Origin: Candidatus Latescibacterota bacterium
GTDB taxonomy: Bacteria > Latescibacterota > UBA2968
Direction of reading: 5' to 3'
DNA length: 64,000 bases
Assembly (NCBI GenBank): GCA_965198115.1
Contig: OZ240241.1
Span: 4,512,001-4,576,000 of the forward strand
Of the stretch, positions 30,471 through 42,925 are shown piece by piece (position 1 is the stretch's first letter; every line of letters begins with the position of its first letter). The position numbers and the translations under genes were made by a program. Under the pieces are notes generated by a model. That model made no database searches and was not told the DNA's origin. It saw only the letters and a list, made by a program, of their open reading frames with translations.

Positions 30471-32874
30471 ATGCCACCGAAGGCACCTTCCCTGCCAACA
30501 TCACGCAAGGTCCCGACTGACGCCCTGACCATCGTCCTCGTCGCTTGCCTCATTCTCCTCACGCAACAATGGGTATCGGTTCCCAAACTATGGCCTTCTA
30601 TCCCCCAGACGCTTCGGTTCAACAGCGTCCCGGACTACGTAACCGCCCTTGCCTCCCTCCCATGGTCATCACTGGACCGGTCACTCACGTTGGCGTTGTT
30701 CGGTCTCTTTGTCGCCCTCCTGATCCGTCAACAGCAACAGAATAGTGCGACTCGCCTGATCGCCGCTGTCGTGTCGTCCGAAACCCGCACGCGCTGGGCG
30801 GTGATTCTGGGCGGCTTCATCGTCGCTCGCTACTACTTCGCGTTCGGTGACCTGACCTGGACCGCGGACGCAGCCTATCACACGCTCTACGCGTGGATCA
30901 CCGGCGAGGCAATGGCTACTGGTACCCTGCCGGTCTGGACGCCTCTCGTCGCCGCCGGAACACCCTTCTTGCAGTTTTATGGGTTCGTCTTCTTCTACCT
31001 CTCCGGTGTCGTCTACTTTCCCCTCCGCGACATCGACACCACCCTCAAGCTCGTATTGGGCGGGGCGCACATCGCCTCCGGCATCACGCTCTACCTGCTG
31101 TGCCGGGAGTGGACACAGAGCCGCAGAGCCGGCATCCTGGCCGCGGCCGTCTACGTGCTGACCTTCTGGCACACACAACAGATCATCGTCATGGGGCGTT
31201 ACCCCGTCAGTCTGGTCTACGCCCTGCTGCCGTTGCCCTTCTGGGCACTCTCGCTCGCGGCTAGACGTCGTTCCTGGCTCAAGCACGCGTTCTGCAGCGG
31301 GACGTGTCTGGCGCTCATCGTCCTGACACACCCGGGGTATGGCATCTGGACCGGATTTTTCCTGGTCTTGTTCGCGAGCACGCTCTTGATCCTGCACGTC
31401 GCCCGAAGATCGAGAGTGGCTAAAGCGAGCACGGTCGCCGTGATCGTCTCGCTCGTCCTGTCGTCGGTTCTGACGGTGCCGCTTCTGCTCGAGGGCGATG
31501 AGACGTATCTGCAATCGGGCTTCTCTCTGTCCGCACTCCCCGACCCCACACTCTCCCAGATTCTTCTCTGGTCCAACTACAACGCAAGCCTCTCAGGCGG
31601 TGATGACGCGACACACAACTGGTACGGAGGATACGTCGGCCTGTCTGCCGTCCTTCTATCCCTCGCTGGACTCGGGACCATCATCCGTGGTCGCGCAGGC
31701 CGGTATCCGGCAGTGGCAACCTGGTTCACGACGGGGGAGCGGGACTCTCGCTGATTCTGATGTTCGGGTATCGCTGGCCGATCGTGGAAAGCCTTCCGTT
31801 CGTTCAGCTGCAGAACGCTGGGAGATACGAGCTCTTCCTCGTCTTTTTCCTCGCGCTGTTGGCTGGGCTGGCCGTAAAACCGCTCGCGCGGTTAGCCAGT
31901 TGCCGCCCCACGACCGCCCTTGCTCTGGGCCTCCTGATCGTCACGGTCGACCTCCTCCCGACCACGTTCCGCCAACCGTATCATTTCACGACTCCACAGA
32001 CCATGGCGCGGGTTTCCGACGGGCTCTACGGTCGACTCTACGGACAGGCGAACCGCCTGATCCGATCAGACGCGTTTCCGCCCGAGCGACTGATTCATGT
32101 CGAGCCCCCTCGGAATGGCATCCTGGTCGCCAATACGCGGACCCCGACTATTGCGTGCGTCTACGTAGAACACACACGCGCCGCGGACCAGTTCCTCAGA
32201 CCCCTGATTCCGTTGGTCAGACGCGTGGTCCTGCAGCACGCCCACCATCTCAACGCGTGGCTCGCCACGGACCCCGCCCAGACGCTCCTCGACGCGCTCT
32301 ACCTGACCGGCACACGCTACCATCTCACGCCCATCACACAGAACGAAACCCACAGGGGCACGGTCGAGCTGACCCTGAGTGACTATAGCCCAATCGTGCT
32401 CGCCACCGAACTTCGACCGACACCGCCTCTTCCCGTGGGTGATGAAACAGCCCTGCTCGAACTCGTCGAACGGATGAAAATCGACCGAACCACGCATACG
32501 GCCGAGTATATCCCCACAGTCGCCATAGAAACCACGCTTCCTGGTTCCGATGAATCTCTGACGTTAGACCTCCGTGAGAACACCGTCTATCTCGACCGTG
32601 TCATCTGACGGCATCCGTCTCCCTGACCTGCTTTGCTCGCCTCGCCTTCGGCTACTACTCAGGACTCACCATTCGCATTAACGGTAAGCTTACCGAAGCG
32701 ATCCCCACGGCCGATGGGTTCGTCGCAATCCGGCTCGATCGGGGTGAAAACATCATCGAGATCTCGGGTAGCCTGTCAACATTGCGGAAATCTCTTTGGA
32801 CCGGTGTAGCCGTCTTTTTAGCCGCGCTTGCCACGTGGTTTTACCGTATGCGTCCGCCTGCAGCTTCACGTTGA
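30471..32874 (+). CDS. Polytopic membrane protein, GT-C/YfhO (PTPS-related)-like; frameshifts ~31730 and ~32605
   Basis: PVWTP..AGTPFLQFYG and YVG motifs with many TMs; C-terminal beta domain (INGK...RGENIIEI) plus a final TM in a third frame. Confidence 0.65.
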
Positions 32875-32900
32875 GTCAAGCCATCGAAAGGAGTCGTTCC

Positions 32901-34399
32901 TTGTCCACGCACCCCAACGTTCTGTTCATCCATAGCGACGAGCACTCTTTCCGATATCTCTCCGCCCGTTCCCGGGATCGGGGTGGCGAGCCCTGTCACA
33001 CACCCACGCTCGATGGCCTGATCGCTCGGGGAACGCATTTCGACGCGGCCTACTGTCAGATGCCCCTGTGCACACCCAGTCGAATCGCCATGTTGACTGG
33101 TCGTCATTCCCATCGGTGTGGCGCCTGGAGCAATGCATCGGTGTTGCCCCCGGAGCTTCCGACCTTCGGGTCTCATTTTCGGGAGAACGGGTTCGCCACG
33201 GCGACCGTCGGCAAAATGCATCTCGGGGGCTGCCTTCAAACAGCCGGGTTTGGCGATCGTCCCTACTGTGACTTCGGAGGACCGTGCGCTCACCAGCCCG
33301 ATCCCCTGTCGGCCGACGGCGGAATGCGCTCTCGAACGCTCGACGTTGGAGTCAGCGACGTTCCGGAGGCTCTGTTACAGGAGAACGTTGTCGCCCGAAC
33401 GGCAGTATCCTGGGCACGAGAGCAGAGACATCGCGATCCAGATCAGCCCTGGCTGCTCTACACGTCCTTCAGCCGGTCGCACTTTCCCCTCACGGCTCCT
33501 CGGCGTTTTTTTGACCGCTACTATCCCGAGGGCGTCACGCCACCCCGCGTCGGACGCACGGGTGACAGCGCGGATCATCCGATGACACTCGGTGCCGTCG
33601 CGGGATTCCAGACCGAAGCGATCGAGCCAGCGGAAGGACGAAGGGCACGCGCCGCTTACTTTGCCGCGGTCGATTGCCTGGACGAGATTCTGGGTGACTT
33701 CCTCGCAGTGATGGAGCGAGACGAGCTGCTCGAAAACACCATCGTCGTCTACACCTCAGACCACGGCGAACTCGCCGGCGAGCACGGGTTGTGGTGGAAA
33801 AACACGTGGCACGAAGGTGCCTCACGCGTTCCCCTCATCGTATCCCTGCCCGAGCACCGAAGGGGCGAACGCACCGCCCACGAGGTCACGGATCCGTCCA
33901 GTCTGGAGATCTCTTTCCAACCCTCTGCGGTCTTGCTTCGATCTCTCGGCCCGAAGGTCTCGACGGCATCGACCTTGTGCCGCGCTCGATGCACGTCCTG
34001 GCGTGATCACGGAGGCTCTGGCGCCCCGGTGGGGGGAAGGCACCGAATTCAGGATGCTGAGGACCCGGACCCACAAATACGTGGCGTTCAGAGGAAGCCA
34101 CGACCTCTGTTTCGACCTCGAGACGGATCCGGATGAGCAAAGAAGACGGGCGATGAAATGGCCGACTTACGGGACCACCTGCTGGGAGGATTCAGCTTCG
34201 ACGAGGCTGATCTGAGGAGGCAACAGGAGACAAAGGAGAGAAAGACCCGATACGCTGCCCGCTTCCAGGCTCGAACGCCCAATCAGATCGTGCTCGGAGA
34301 TGGCCGTCTCGTCGAGGCCGACTCGCCGCTCTCCACCCAGAAGTTCTGAGCGACGACCTGGACCGTGACCTGGATGACTGGCGCGGATCGGCGTCTTAA
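32901..34399 (+). CDS. Sulfatase (choline-sulfatase-like); several indels after ~33900
   Basis: PNVLFIHSDEH, CTPSR, GKMH, SDHGE, WWK and RVPLI. Confidence 0.85.
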
Positions 34400-34559
34400 C
34401 AAACAGTTCCCTCGTGCAGTCCTGAGCGGAGTCGAAGGGACGAGGGCGAGCGGGCGCGTATTGTGTTTCGTAAAGAACAAGACGTTGCGCTCGTGCCTCG
34501 CACAGGCAGGTGACGCCAGCATCCGGATGCCCACGATTTTCCAGCTGGCCACCGCAGTA

Positions 34560-34940
34560 TCAAAAATCGGGCTGGGCAAATACCTTGTCAAGCTCTTCAG
34601 TCAGGCGGTCGACGCGGATGGGTTTGGCCAGCACCGACCAAACGTCCAGACCCTTCACCTGGTTCAAGACGTCCTGCTGGACATACCCGGATACGATGAT
34701 CACCGGTGTCAGAATGCCGCGGTCGCGGATGAACTTCAGGAACTGATGGCCGCGCGCCCCAGGCATGTGGATGTCGAGGAGGATGAGATCGACCTCATTT
34801 CCCTGGAGCGCCTCGATAGCCTCTCGGGCGTTGCCGGCCTGGAGACATTGATGGCCGAGGGATTCCACAATCTCGACGATCATCTCCCGGATGGGCAGGT
34901 CATTCTCTACGGATAGTATCGTATGGCCAGTGCTCGCCAT
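34560..34940 (-). CDS. Single-domain response regulator
   Basis: VEND, LLDIHMP, SGY and KP motifs. Confidence 0.9.
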   Translation of the reverse strand: MASTGHTILSVENDLPIREMIVEIVESLGHQCLQAGNAREAIEALQGNEVDLILLDIHMPGARGHQFLKFIRDRGILTPVIIVSGYVQQDVLNQVKGLDVWSVLAKPIRVDRLTEELDKVFAQPDF

Positions 34941-35191
34941 GGGTTCCTCGTGGTTCGGACGCTAGTGAAAATAGGACGAAGCGTCTCTATCGACAAGATG
35001 CCCCCTACGCCGGTCGCACGAACCCGGTTCATTTCGTGAGCGTTCTAGACCCGCGTAATCGTCGATTCCGACACGGTGCCTCCTTCTCGTGGGTTTTCGC
35101 CCGAAACCGCAAGAACGGCACGTTTCAGGACAAAGAAAATACCCCCGAGAACCGACCTCGAAGGTAAAATCATCCAGCGACTGACGTCGAC

Positions 35192-36106
35192 CTAAGCTTG
35201 CTTGATCACGACGAAACTGACATCATCCTCGGGTCGTGCGAAGGCCGTAAGATCCCTGCGAATCGCATCGAAAATCTCCTGCGCCGACCCGTCCTTAGTT
35301 GCCCGAAGTACGTCTTCGAGATGCGTCGGAAAGTAACCTTCTTCTCCACGGGCGTGCTCGTATAGGCCGTCGGTGTAGAGCAGCATCGTGTCACCCGACC
35401 CGATCAGATCGAGCTCGTTCACCCGATAGGGATCCTTGTAGCCGAGCACGCTGCTGTTCGTTCGTCTGTCGATGTCGTCGCCCGAGGGAAGCGTGCCGAT
35501 CGGCGGGAAGGTCCGCTGCTCAGGCACATCGACAATCCTGTCGAACCGTCTCGAAAAAATGACAGGCATGGGATGAGCGGCCGAGATGAAGCGGAAGGTC
35601 CCGTCGTCGTCGATCTCGCCATACAGCATCGTCAGGAACTTGCTCACACTGGAGGAATTGTAGAAGCGCGTGTTGAGGTTCTCGAACAGCTGCTCCGTAA
35701 CCGTCCCGTGATAATCCAGCTCGTATATCACCCCGAGCAAAAACGCCTGGTGAAGCATGGCGGCAAGGAGCGCATCCGTAATCTGGTGTCCGGACACGTC
35801 GGCGATGGCGATCCCCGCTTTGTGGCGACACCGTTCCAGCCGCCGAGCCACTTTGTCGCGACCCTCCTCCTTCGCTTGCCGGATTCTGGCATCGAGATCG
35901 TAGCGCCTGCTGAAGTCCACATACAGGATGTGATCTCCCCCTACGATCCCGTTCAGCGGTATCGTTTCGCCATAGATGTCGAGCCCAGGCAGCTTCGGGA
36001 GCTCTCCAGCCATAGGCTTGATATATTGGGCGATCTCCTGAAAATTCTCGAGCTCGCCCGTGAGTTGTCTGACGGAAGTTCGGATGTCGCCGAGGATGTC
36101 TTCCAT
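35192..36106 (-). CDS. PP2C/SpoIIE-family serine phosphatase
   Basis: GGD, ADVSGH, YTDGL and EDD motifs. Confidence 0.9.
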   Translation of the reverse strand: MEDILGDIRTSVRQLTGELENFQEIAQYIKPMAGELPKLPGLDIYGETIPLNGIVGGDHILYVDFSRRYDLDARIRQAKEEGRDKVARRLERCRHKAGIAIADVSGHQITDALLAAMLHQAFLLGVIYELDYHGTVTEQLFENLNTRFYNSSSVSKFLTMLYGEIDDDGTFRFISAAHPMPVIFSRRFDRIVDVPEQRTFPPIGTLPSGDDIDRRTNSSVLGYKDPYRVNELDLIGSGDTMLLYTDGLYEHARGEEGYFPTHLEDVLRATKDGSAQEIFDAIRRDLTAFARPEDDVSFVVIKQA

Positions 36107-36216
36107 AACCCTAATTTGTTAGAAATCCTGATTGTGAACCAGAATGTATTTAAGATACGATAATATACATCGCTCCGGTAGATCGTGGATGTGAATCAGG
36201 TCACACCCCGAAAAAC

Positions 36217-37688
36217 CTACTCTCGATAAGTCGTTGCCCAATGCTCCATCCGCTGGTCTTCGTGAGCCATTCGCCATCTCAGCAACCGCTGACAGCACTC
36301 GGTCACGACCGCGTCGTGCCCCGGATCCTGAGCCAGGTTCACTATCTCATTCGGATCAGCCTGCAGATCGTAGAGGAGCGGCCGCATCGTCGAGTCCGCA
36401 AACTGGACATACTTGTGGTGTTCGTCTCGGATCACCCAGAGCAAGCACCGATCGGGATCGATCCCGTCGACCGGCCTGAAGTCTTTCTCGTAGTGAATCT
36501 CACGCCTTCCTTCCGTCGTCGCCCCCGTCAACTGCGGCCATAGACTGGCTCCCTGGACTCTATCCGGAATCTCCACGTCCAACGCATCGAGAACCGTCGG
36601 CGCGATATCGATCGACTCCACGAAAGAGGAAATCGTAACGCCACGCGTCACATCCGCCTCGGGCGCCGGGTCCCTCACGATCAGGGGCACGCGCATCGCG
36701 CCATCGTAAAAGTGCCCTTTCCCCGTCAGGTAGTGATCGCCCAGGTATTCGCCGTGGTCCGAGCTGAACACGATCGTCGTGTGCTCCCCTCCCACTGGCC
36801 GGTCTTCTTCAGCGCCTCGAACAACAGCCCGAGCGAGGTGTCCACCTCCGTAACCATCCCGTAGTAGTTCGCCTGGGTCTCACGAAGATCGCGATCCTCG
36901 ACGAGCTCAGGGCGTGCGTGAATACCTTTCAAGTACGGATGGTCGTCCGACAGTTCTCCCGAGTCTCGTGAGGGGGGCGGCATATCTCGGGGATCGTACA
37001 TATCGTGGAACGGAGCTGGACAGATTCTCGGCGGATGCGGTTTGATGTAGTTCACGTTGAGCATCCACGGCGCATCGATGTGGTCTTGGACGAAATCCAC
37101 CGCCTTGTTCGTCAAAAACCGACACTCCGAATCTTCGGCCGTATAGTGTGCCGGATACCGAAGAGGCAGGTGGTCGCCCGGACCTTCGTCGGGTACGTTC
37201 GGCGCGTGGATGGCACCGTGGCTGAGCAGCCGCTCCGCGTAGCCCCGCTCGCGCAGGAACTCGAAATACTCGGGGCTGTCGAACTCGTGGTAGACAATCG
37301 TGTCGAACCCCGGCAAGACATTGTCGTAGCTGAGGCTCCGTCTACGTGGATCGTCGTGCGGCAACGTCCGCGGATCGACGGCGTAGTCGTTGTAGCCAAG
37401 CAGGTGGGGTGCATAGCCCGCTTCACGCAGCCAGGTGGGTAGACTGTCCTCCGCATCGACCAGGGGTGTCTTGTTGTTCACGGCCCGATGCGAACACAGA
37501 TAACGCCCTGTGTAAATGCACATCCGGCTCGGGCCGCAAGGCGCCGTCTGAACGAAGCAGCGGTCGAATCGCGTACCTTCCGCTGCCAGTGCATCGAGGT
37601 TGGGGGTTCGCACGACCGGGTGGCCGGCGCAACCGAGTGCGTCCGCACGCCACTGATCCGCGATCAGAAACAGGAAATTCTTCCGCAC
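36217..37688 (-). CDS. Sulfatase/phosphonate monoester hydrolase-like protein (frameshift ~36790)
   Basis: DQWRAD, CGPSR and PHPP, then SDHGEYLGDH..GK in the next frame. Confidence 0.88.
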
Positions 37689-37698
37689 GACCGTCTCC

Positions 37699-40600
37699 CT
37701 ACCGTTTGCCCCTCAAACGCTCACAGAGTTCGTGGATGATCTTGCGCAGCACTTCCGGATGGTCGGCCATCAGCTCGTAGAGGGCCTCTCGATCAAGTCC
37801 CAACAGGCGGAGGGATTCCGCCGTCACCGAGGCCGAGTGAGGGGCCGGATCCAGAGTCGTCAGCTCACCGAAGAAGTCGCGTTCGCCCAGTTCTATGAAT
37901 GTCCGGTCACCGTCGTGCACCTTGACGCTGCCCTCGACGATGATGAACATCGATCGGCCTGTCGCACCCTTCTCGTAGACGGGATCGTCGGCGTGGTACT
38001 CTTGCTCCTCCATCACCTCGGCCAACGCCGCCAGAACTTCCTCGGGCACGCCTGAAAAGAGATCGACCGACTTCAGGACGAGCACACGCTCGATGGCCAG
38101 CAACATAGGTCTACCCTCGCTCGTTTCTTCGAGATGGTCCGTTTTGTCGGCCACCCACAACGCCGTCGCCCGGACCAGCTGTTCGGGGTGGTTGAAAAAG
38201 GCCTGAGCAACCGCCGCACTGGCAGGACCACTCACGTCCTTCAAGGCGTGGAGCGCGCACGCACGCATCCACGGACTGATCCAGCGTTCTTCCTCGCTGA
38301 GGATTTCTGAAATCCGATCTTCGGCGGTGGCTTCTTCCTGTGGAAACGCGTCGCCCAGGGCTACACGGCGATCCTGCAGCCGGTCCCATTCGAGTAGGGG
38401 GAACACGAGACGACGCAAATCGCGAGAGACCGTCGTCTCGAGAACCTCGAGCGCGTAAGCCCGCTGTTGAGAAGAGCGACTCAGATTCTCCTCGGCCCTG
38501 AGGATCGTCCTGGGATCGTAGATGAACGACAAAAGAAGAAAAATCCGTCGCCGTGTCTCGTCGACTTCGTAGGCGATCGCACGAACGAGCAGCTGGCACG
38601 CCTCGAGTTCCTCGAGATCCGCGTGAACGGCAAGACGCCACGCGACATCCGCGACCTCTTGACGCAGCAGACGTCGAACGTCGACTAGGTCCGCTCCCGT
38701 CGCCTTGTAATCGCACTGATGGAGCGACGTGAGGATGGACATCCGTACGCTTCGGTCGGAGAACGCCAGGTGTTCGACCAACAGCGCCTGCGAGGCCTCC
38801 CCACCGATCCGACCGCAGATCGACGCGGATCGCATCTTGACTTGCCGACCGAACTCATCGGACGACAGCACCTCCCCGATGGGTTCGAGCGCTCGATCGC
38901 CCGCCCGAACGAGCGCCTTGGCGGCATACGGGTGGAACCGCGTCGTCTCAAGATGCTGGAGTACCTGGGGCCAGAGACGCGGACTTCGAACATCGCCCGC
39001 CGCGGCGAGCGCGGCCATACGAACATCCGAATCGCCGTCGCGCATCAGCCGAATCAGAGGGCGATAGAAAGACGTGATCCCCACATCCCCAAGCACCTGT
39101 GCCGTAAAAACACGATCGCCAGCGTCGGCCGAATTCTCCAGCTCGACCAGATGCTGACCGGCGAGGAGTACCCCGTCGATCCCCCCATACCGGAGCATGC
39201 CTGAAATCACGCCTCTGCGCACGATAGGGTCTGGATGCTCGATGTAAGGCAACACCTCGTCCAGCACATCCGACTCGCCGAGCGCACACAGTGCCCTCAA
39301 AGCAGATGCGATTACCTCATCATCGTCGTCATCTAGGATCACCTCGCGCACTTCTTCCATGAGATTGCTGAGTTGCTCGCGGCCGATCCGGTGAAGAACT
39401 TCCTTTCGCACTTCCGCGTCCGGATGCAGGAGCAGTTCGCCGTAATGATCCGCCGAACTCTCATCCTCGACCTTGTCCAGAAGATCCAGAGCGTAGATGA
39501 CTTCTCCAGGGTGCGGACTGTCAAGACGCTGCTTCAGAATCTCGATCATCGAGTCGTCGTAGATCGAAGACCCACCCTCCAGCACACGCCTGACGAGAGC
39601 CTCCGACAAAGACCCGCGATACTCGCTGTAGACCTTCTTTCCGGCGAAGATCCAGGCGACGATAACCACCACCATCAGACCGCTCAGGAAGCCCAACTCG
39701 ATGGCCTGGAAGTGAGCCAAGAGCAGCAGCACGCATCCGACCACTCCCCCGGCGATCGGCCCGACGCTCGTGTTGTTGATCAGCTGGACGGCGAGTTTCC
39801 GACGCGCGGGAAGTGGCTGATAGAGAACGAGGAATGACGGGCCGCTGAACGAGCGCAGAATCACGTGATCGAGGAACTTCGTCGCCGTCGCAGCCACGAA
39901 GTAAGTCGTCATCTCACTGTCGCGTGCCCACACGATCGTCAGAACGACCCCGCAAATAAACATCGTGATCGGTCGGACCCGCATACCGACCTTGATCCCG
40001 AAGCGGCTGATGAACCGTCCCGTCACGATGGTAATGACAAGGAAGGTCGCAGCCTGGGACACGCCTTGGTAGAGTCCGAAGAAATTCGCCAGTGCGTTCT
40101 GGTCCGCGTAACGTGATCGGGCCTGGTCGTAGAAAATGAAATCCACGAGATGATAGACCGTCATCATCAGCAACGAGAGGGCAAAGATGGAGGTCACGTA
40201 GCGGGATCGGAACAGGTCAAGAACGCGATCCGTGGTCGACTCACCCTCGTGCTCAGACGGTGTTTCCCCGCCGAACCGCTCGGCGTGGCGCCGAACGATC
40301 AGGAACGTGAGGGTCAGGTTGATCCCTAGGGCGGCGACCGACAGGAACAGGAGGTTGGGCGTGCCCAATGCGGCTACCAGAATCGGTGTAGAAACCCCGC
40401 CAAGAACGGTAGCCAGCTGCTCACCCGCCCCAATCAGGCCGAACAGACGCTTGCCCTGGCGCACATCGAACAGCCGTCCGGCCAGGTCCCAGAGCAGAAC
40501 AGCCAGCATCGCCTGGAGCAGCGGGTAGCAGGCACGCAACAGCAGGCTCGGCCAGATTCCCTGGGACGTGTCCAGGCTGATCCGGAGTCCCAAGATCATG

Positions 40601-40889
40601 ATCAGCATGGCGATGGAGGTACCGATCAAGGTGGCCGACGGTGTCCTCCGCTTGAGAAAGCGGGCGTAGGCGAGTCCGAACAGCGTCGAGACTACGGCCG
40701 CCGTGATATACATATGGGGAAGCTTGTCCGACCCGTAGGCGCTAAGAAAAGAGCGCTACTCGCCGCGTAGAACGAAACCAGGGCGATGCCCATCACGAAA
40801 GACTGGGCCCACAGCATCGCCAGACGCGGTCCCTCTACCTGTTCGATGTTCAGAGCAAGCGCCAGACGATTGGGTTCGGATTCAGGCAC
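37699..40889 (-). CDS. NTT/Npt (TLC/MFS) nucleotide transporter fused to HEAT repeats and a cNMP-binding domain (frameshift ~40740)
   Basis: FDVRQGKRLFGLIGAG in a multi-TM domain; HEAT repeats; ERVLVLKSVDLF...FFGE..PHSASV. Confidence 0.85.
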
Positions 40890-41143
40890 TGTATGACCTA
40901 TCACGCATCGGGAACGTGCGAATGGGGCTTTCTTCCTACCAGAACGTCGGGGCAGACTGAAATGGGTTGAAGATCCGTAACAACACGTAACATTTTGATT
41001 TTCAATCATAAGCGTGAATCTGAAGAGGGTCAACGCCACGCCCCGACGCGGAGATTTCCCTTGACTTGATGGCTGCGTAACGCAACTTTTGCTCCCTGCA
41101 TTCAACCACGAAGCCGGGGTTGCCAACCCTCAAGGAGGCCCCA

Positions 41144-41776
41144 ATGCCACTCAAGCTGGGCGACGAAATTCCGAACCTGACGGTCGAAACGACCCAGGGC
41201 ACCGTCACGCTCCACGACTACGTTGGAGACGGCTGGTGCATTCTCTTTTCCCATCCCGCCGACTACACGCCCGTCTGCACGACCGAACTCGGCACGGTCG
41301 CTAAGCTGAAATCCGAGTTCGAGAAGCGAAACGTCAAGGTCATCGGCGTGAGTGTCGATCCGCTCGAAGATCACGAAGGCTGGATTAGCGACATCAACGA
41401 AACGCAAAACACGACGATGAACTACCCCCTCATCGCCGACTCCGAGCGCAAGGTCGCCGAGGCATTCGACATGATTCATCCCAACGTCGACGACAAGGCC
41501 ACCGTCCGTTCGGTCTTCGTGATCGCGCCCGACAAGACGATCAAGCTGACCCTCACGTATCCAGCCTCCACCGGTCGCAACTTTGACGAAATCCTGCGTG
41601 TGATCGATTCACTGCAACTGACGGCAGAGCGAAAGCTCGCCACGCCTGCGAACTGGAACCCCGGTGACGATTGCATCATCGTGCCAGCCGTGTCCGACGA
41701 AGAAGCGGAAACGATGTTTCCGGGCTACAACACCGTAAGACCCTATCTTCGTTACACGCCTGATCCGACCAAGTAG
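41144..41776 (+). CDS. 1-Cys peroxiredoxin (Prx6)
   Basis: FSHPADYTPVCTTE, YPASTGRNFDE and TPANW; AAGGAGG SD. Confidence 0.95.
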   Translation: MPLKLGDEIPNLTVETTQGTVTLHDYVGDGWCILFSHPADYTPVCTTELGTVAKLKSEFEKRNVKVIGVSVDPLEDHEGWISDINETQNTTMNYPLIADSERKVAEAFDMIHPNVDDKATVRSVFVIAPDKTIKLTLTYPASTGRNFDEILRVIDSLQLTAERKLATPANWNPGDDCIIVPAVSDEEAETMFPGYNTVRPYLRYTPDPTK

Positions 41777-41794
41777 CTATACCGACCGAATATG

Positions 41795-41833
41795 AAACAG
41801 CCTGCGGGTCCTCGACTCGCAGGCTGTTTATTT
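41795..41833 (+). terminator. Intrinsic terminator
   Basis: AAACAGCCTGCGGGTC-CTC-GACTCGCAGGCTGTTT followed by ATTT. Confidence 0.7.
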
Positions 41834-41857
41834 GTCACCTTCCGTATGGAGACACCC

Positions 41858-42856
41858 ATGGCAAAACTCGTGATCCTCTGGCCAAGTACAGAAATGACGA
41901 GTCAGAGAACGACTATGGATCCACGTGTTCCAGGGCTTCGAGAGAAAACCGTCGAACAGCTTCGCGCGTTGAGCGTCGAAGTTCGCATCGCAGAGGATGA
42001 TGACGAAGTCGTCGCCCACATCGCTGACGCGGACATCTACTACAGTCGCATCATCTCTCCCCAAGCGCTCGCGAAGGCTGGCAAGTTGAAGTGGTTCCAA
42101 TCCAGTGTGGCTGGCATGGACGGCTTCTGGTTCCCCGAGCTTCGCCAAAGTTCGATCACGATCACGAACGGGCGCGGCATCTACAGCGACGTCATTTCTG
42201 ACCACCTGTTCGGGTTCATTCTCTGCTTCGCCCGTGGCCTTCACCTGTTCGCCCGTCAGCGCAAGTGGGAGAAAAACGGGGCGCCGTTCATCCATCTCGG
42301 AGGAACCACCCTCGGGGTGGTCGGCCTCGGGGGCATCGGTCTTGCCGTGGCCGCCCGGGGTCATACATCCGACATGCGTATCGTCGGTCTCGATCCGGCG
42401 CCGAAGGGCAAACCCAACTACATCGAAAAGATCTATCCGCCCGAAGAGCTACACACCATGCTGGCCGAATGCGACTTCGTGGCGATGTGTGTTCCCCATA
42501 CGTCGGAAACAGAGCACCTGATCGATGCAGCGGCGTTTGACGCGATGAAAGACACCGCCATCATCCTCAACGTCGGACGGGGCAAGGTCATTTCGCTCGA
42601 CGCGCTCACGGCCGCTCTCGAGGCGGGTACGCTTGGCGGCGCTGGGCTCGACGTGTTCGAACAGGAACCCCTGCCCGAAGATCATCCCCTGTGGCAGATG
42701 GACAATGTCATCCTCACGCCCCACGTTGCCGGACGTTCGTCTTATCCCTACCAGGAAGCGCGACGACTCGAGCTGCTCGTCGAAAACACCAAACGGTATC
42801 TGGCCGGCGAGGATCTGGCGAACGTCGTGGACAAAGAGAAGGGCTACGTGGTGTAG
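41858..42856 (+). CDS. D-2-hydroxyacid dehydrogenase
   Basis: GLGGIG, NVGRG, LDVFEQEPLP and TPHVAG. Confidence 0.92.
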   Translation: MAKLVILWPSTEMTSQRTTMDPRVPGLREKTVEQLRALSVEVRIAEDDDEVVAHIADADIYYSRIISPQALAKAGKLKWFQSSVAGMDGFWFPELRQSSITITNGRGIYSDVISDHLFGFILCFARGLHLFARQRKWEKNGAPFIHLGGTTLGVVGLGGIGLAVAARGHTSDMRIVGLDPAPKGKPNYIEKIYPPEELHTMLAECDFVAMCVPHTSETEHLIDAAAFDAMKDTAIILNVGRGKVISLDALTAALEAGTLGGAGLDVFEQEPLPEDHPLWQMDNVILTPHVAGRSSYPYQEARRLELLVENTKRYLAGEDLANVVDKEKGYVV

Positions 42857-42925
42857 TGGCCTGGCGGCCGAATGGCGGTGTTCAGTGTTCAGGGAAACCG
42901 GTGGCCAAACCTCCGGTTCACAGCC

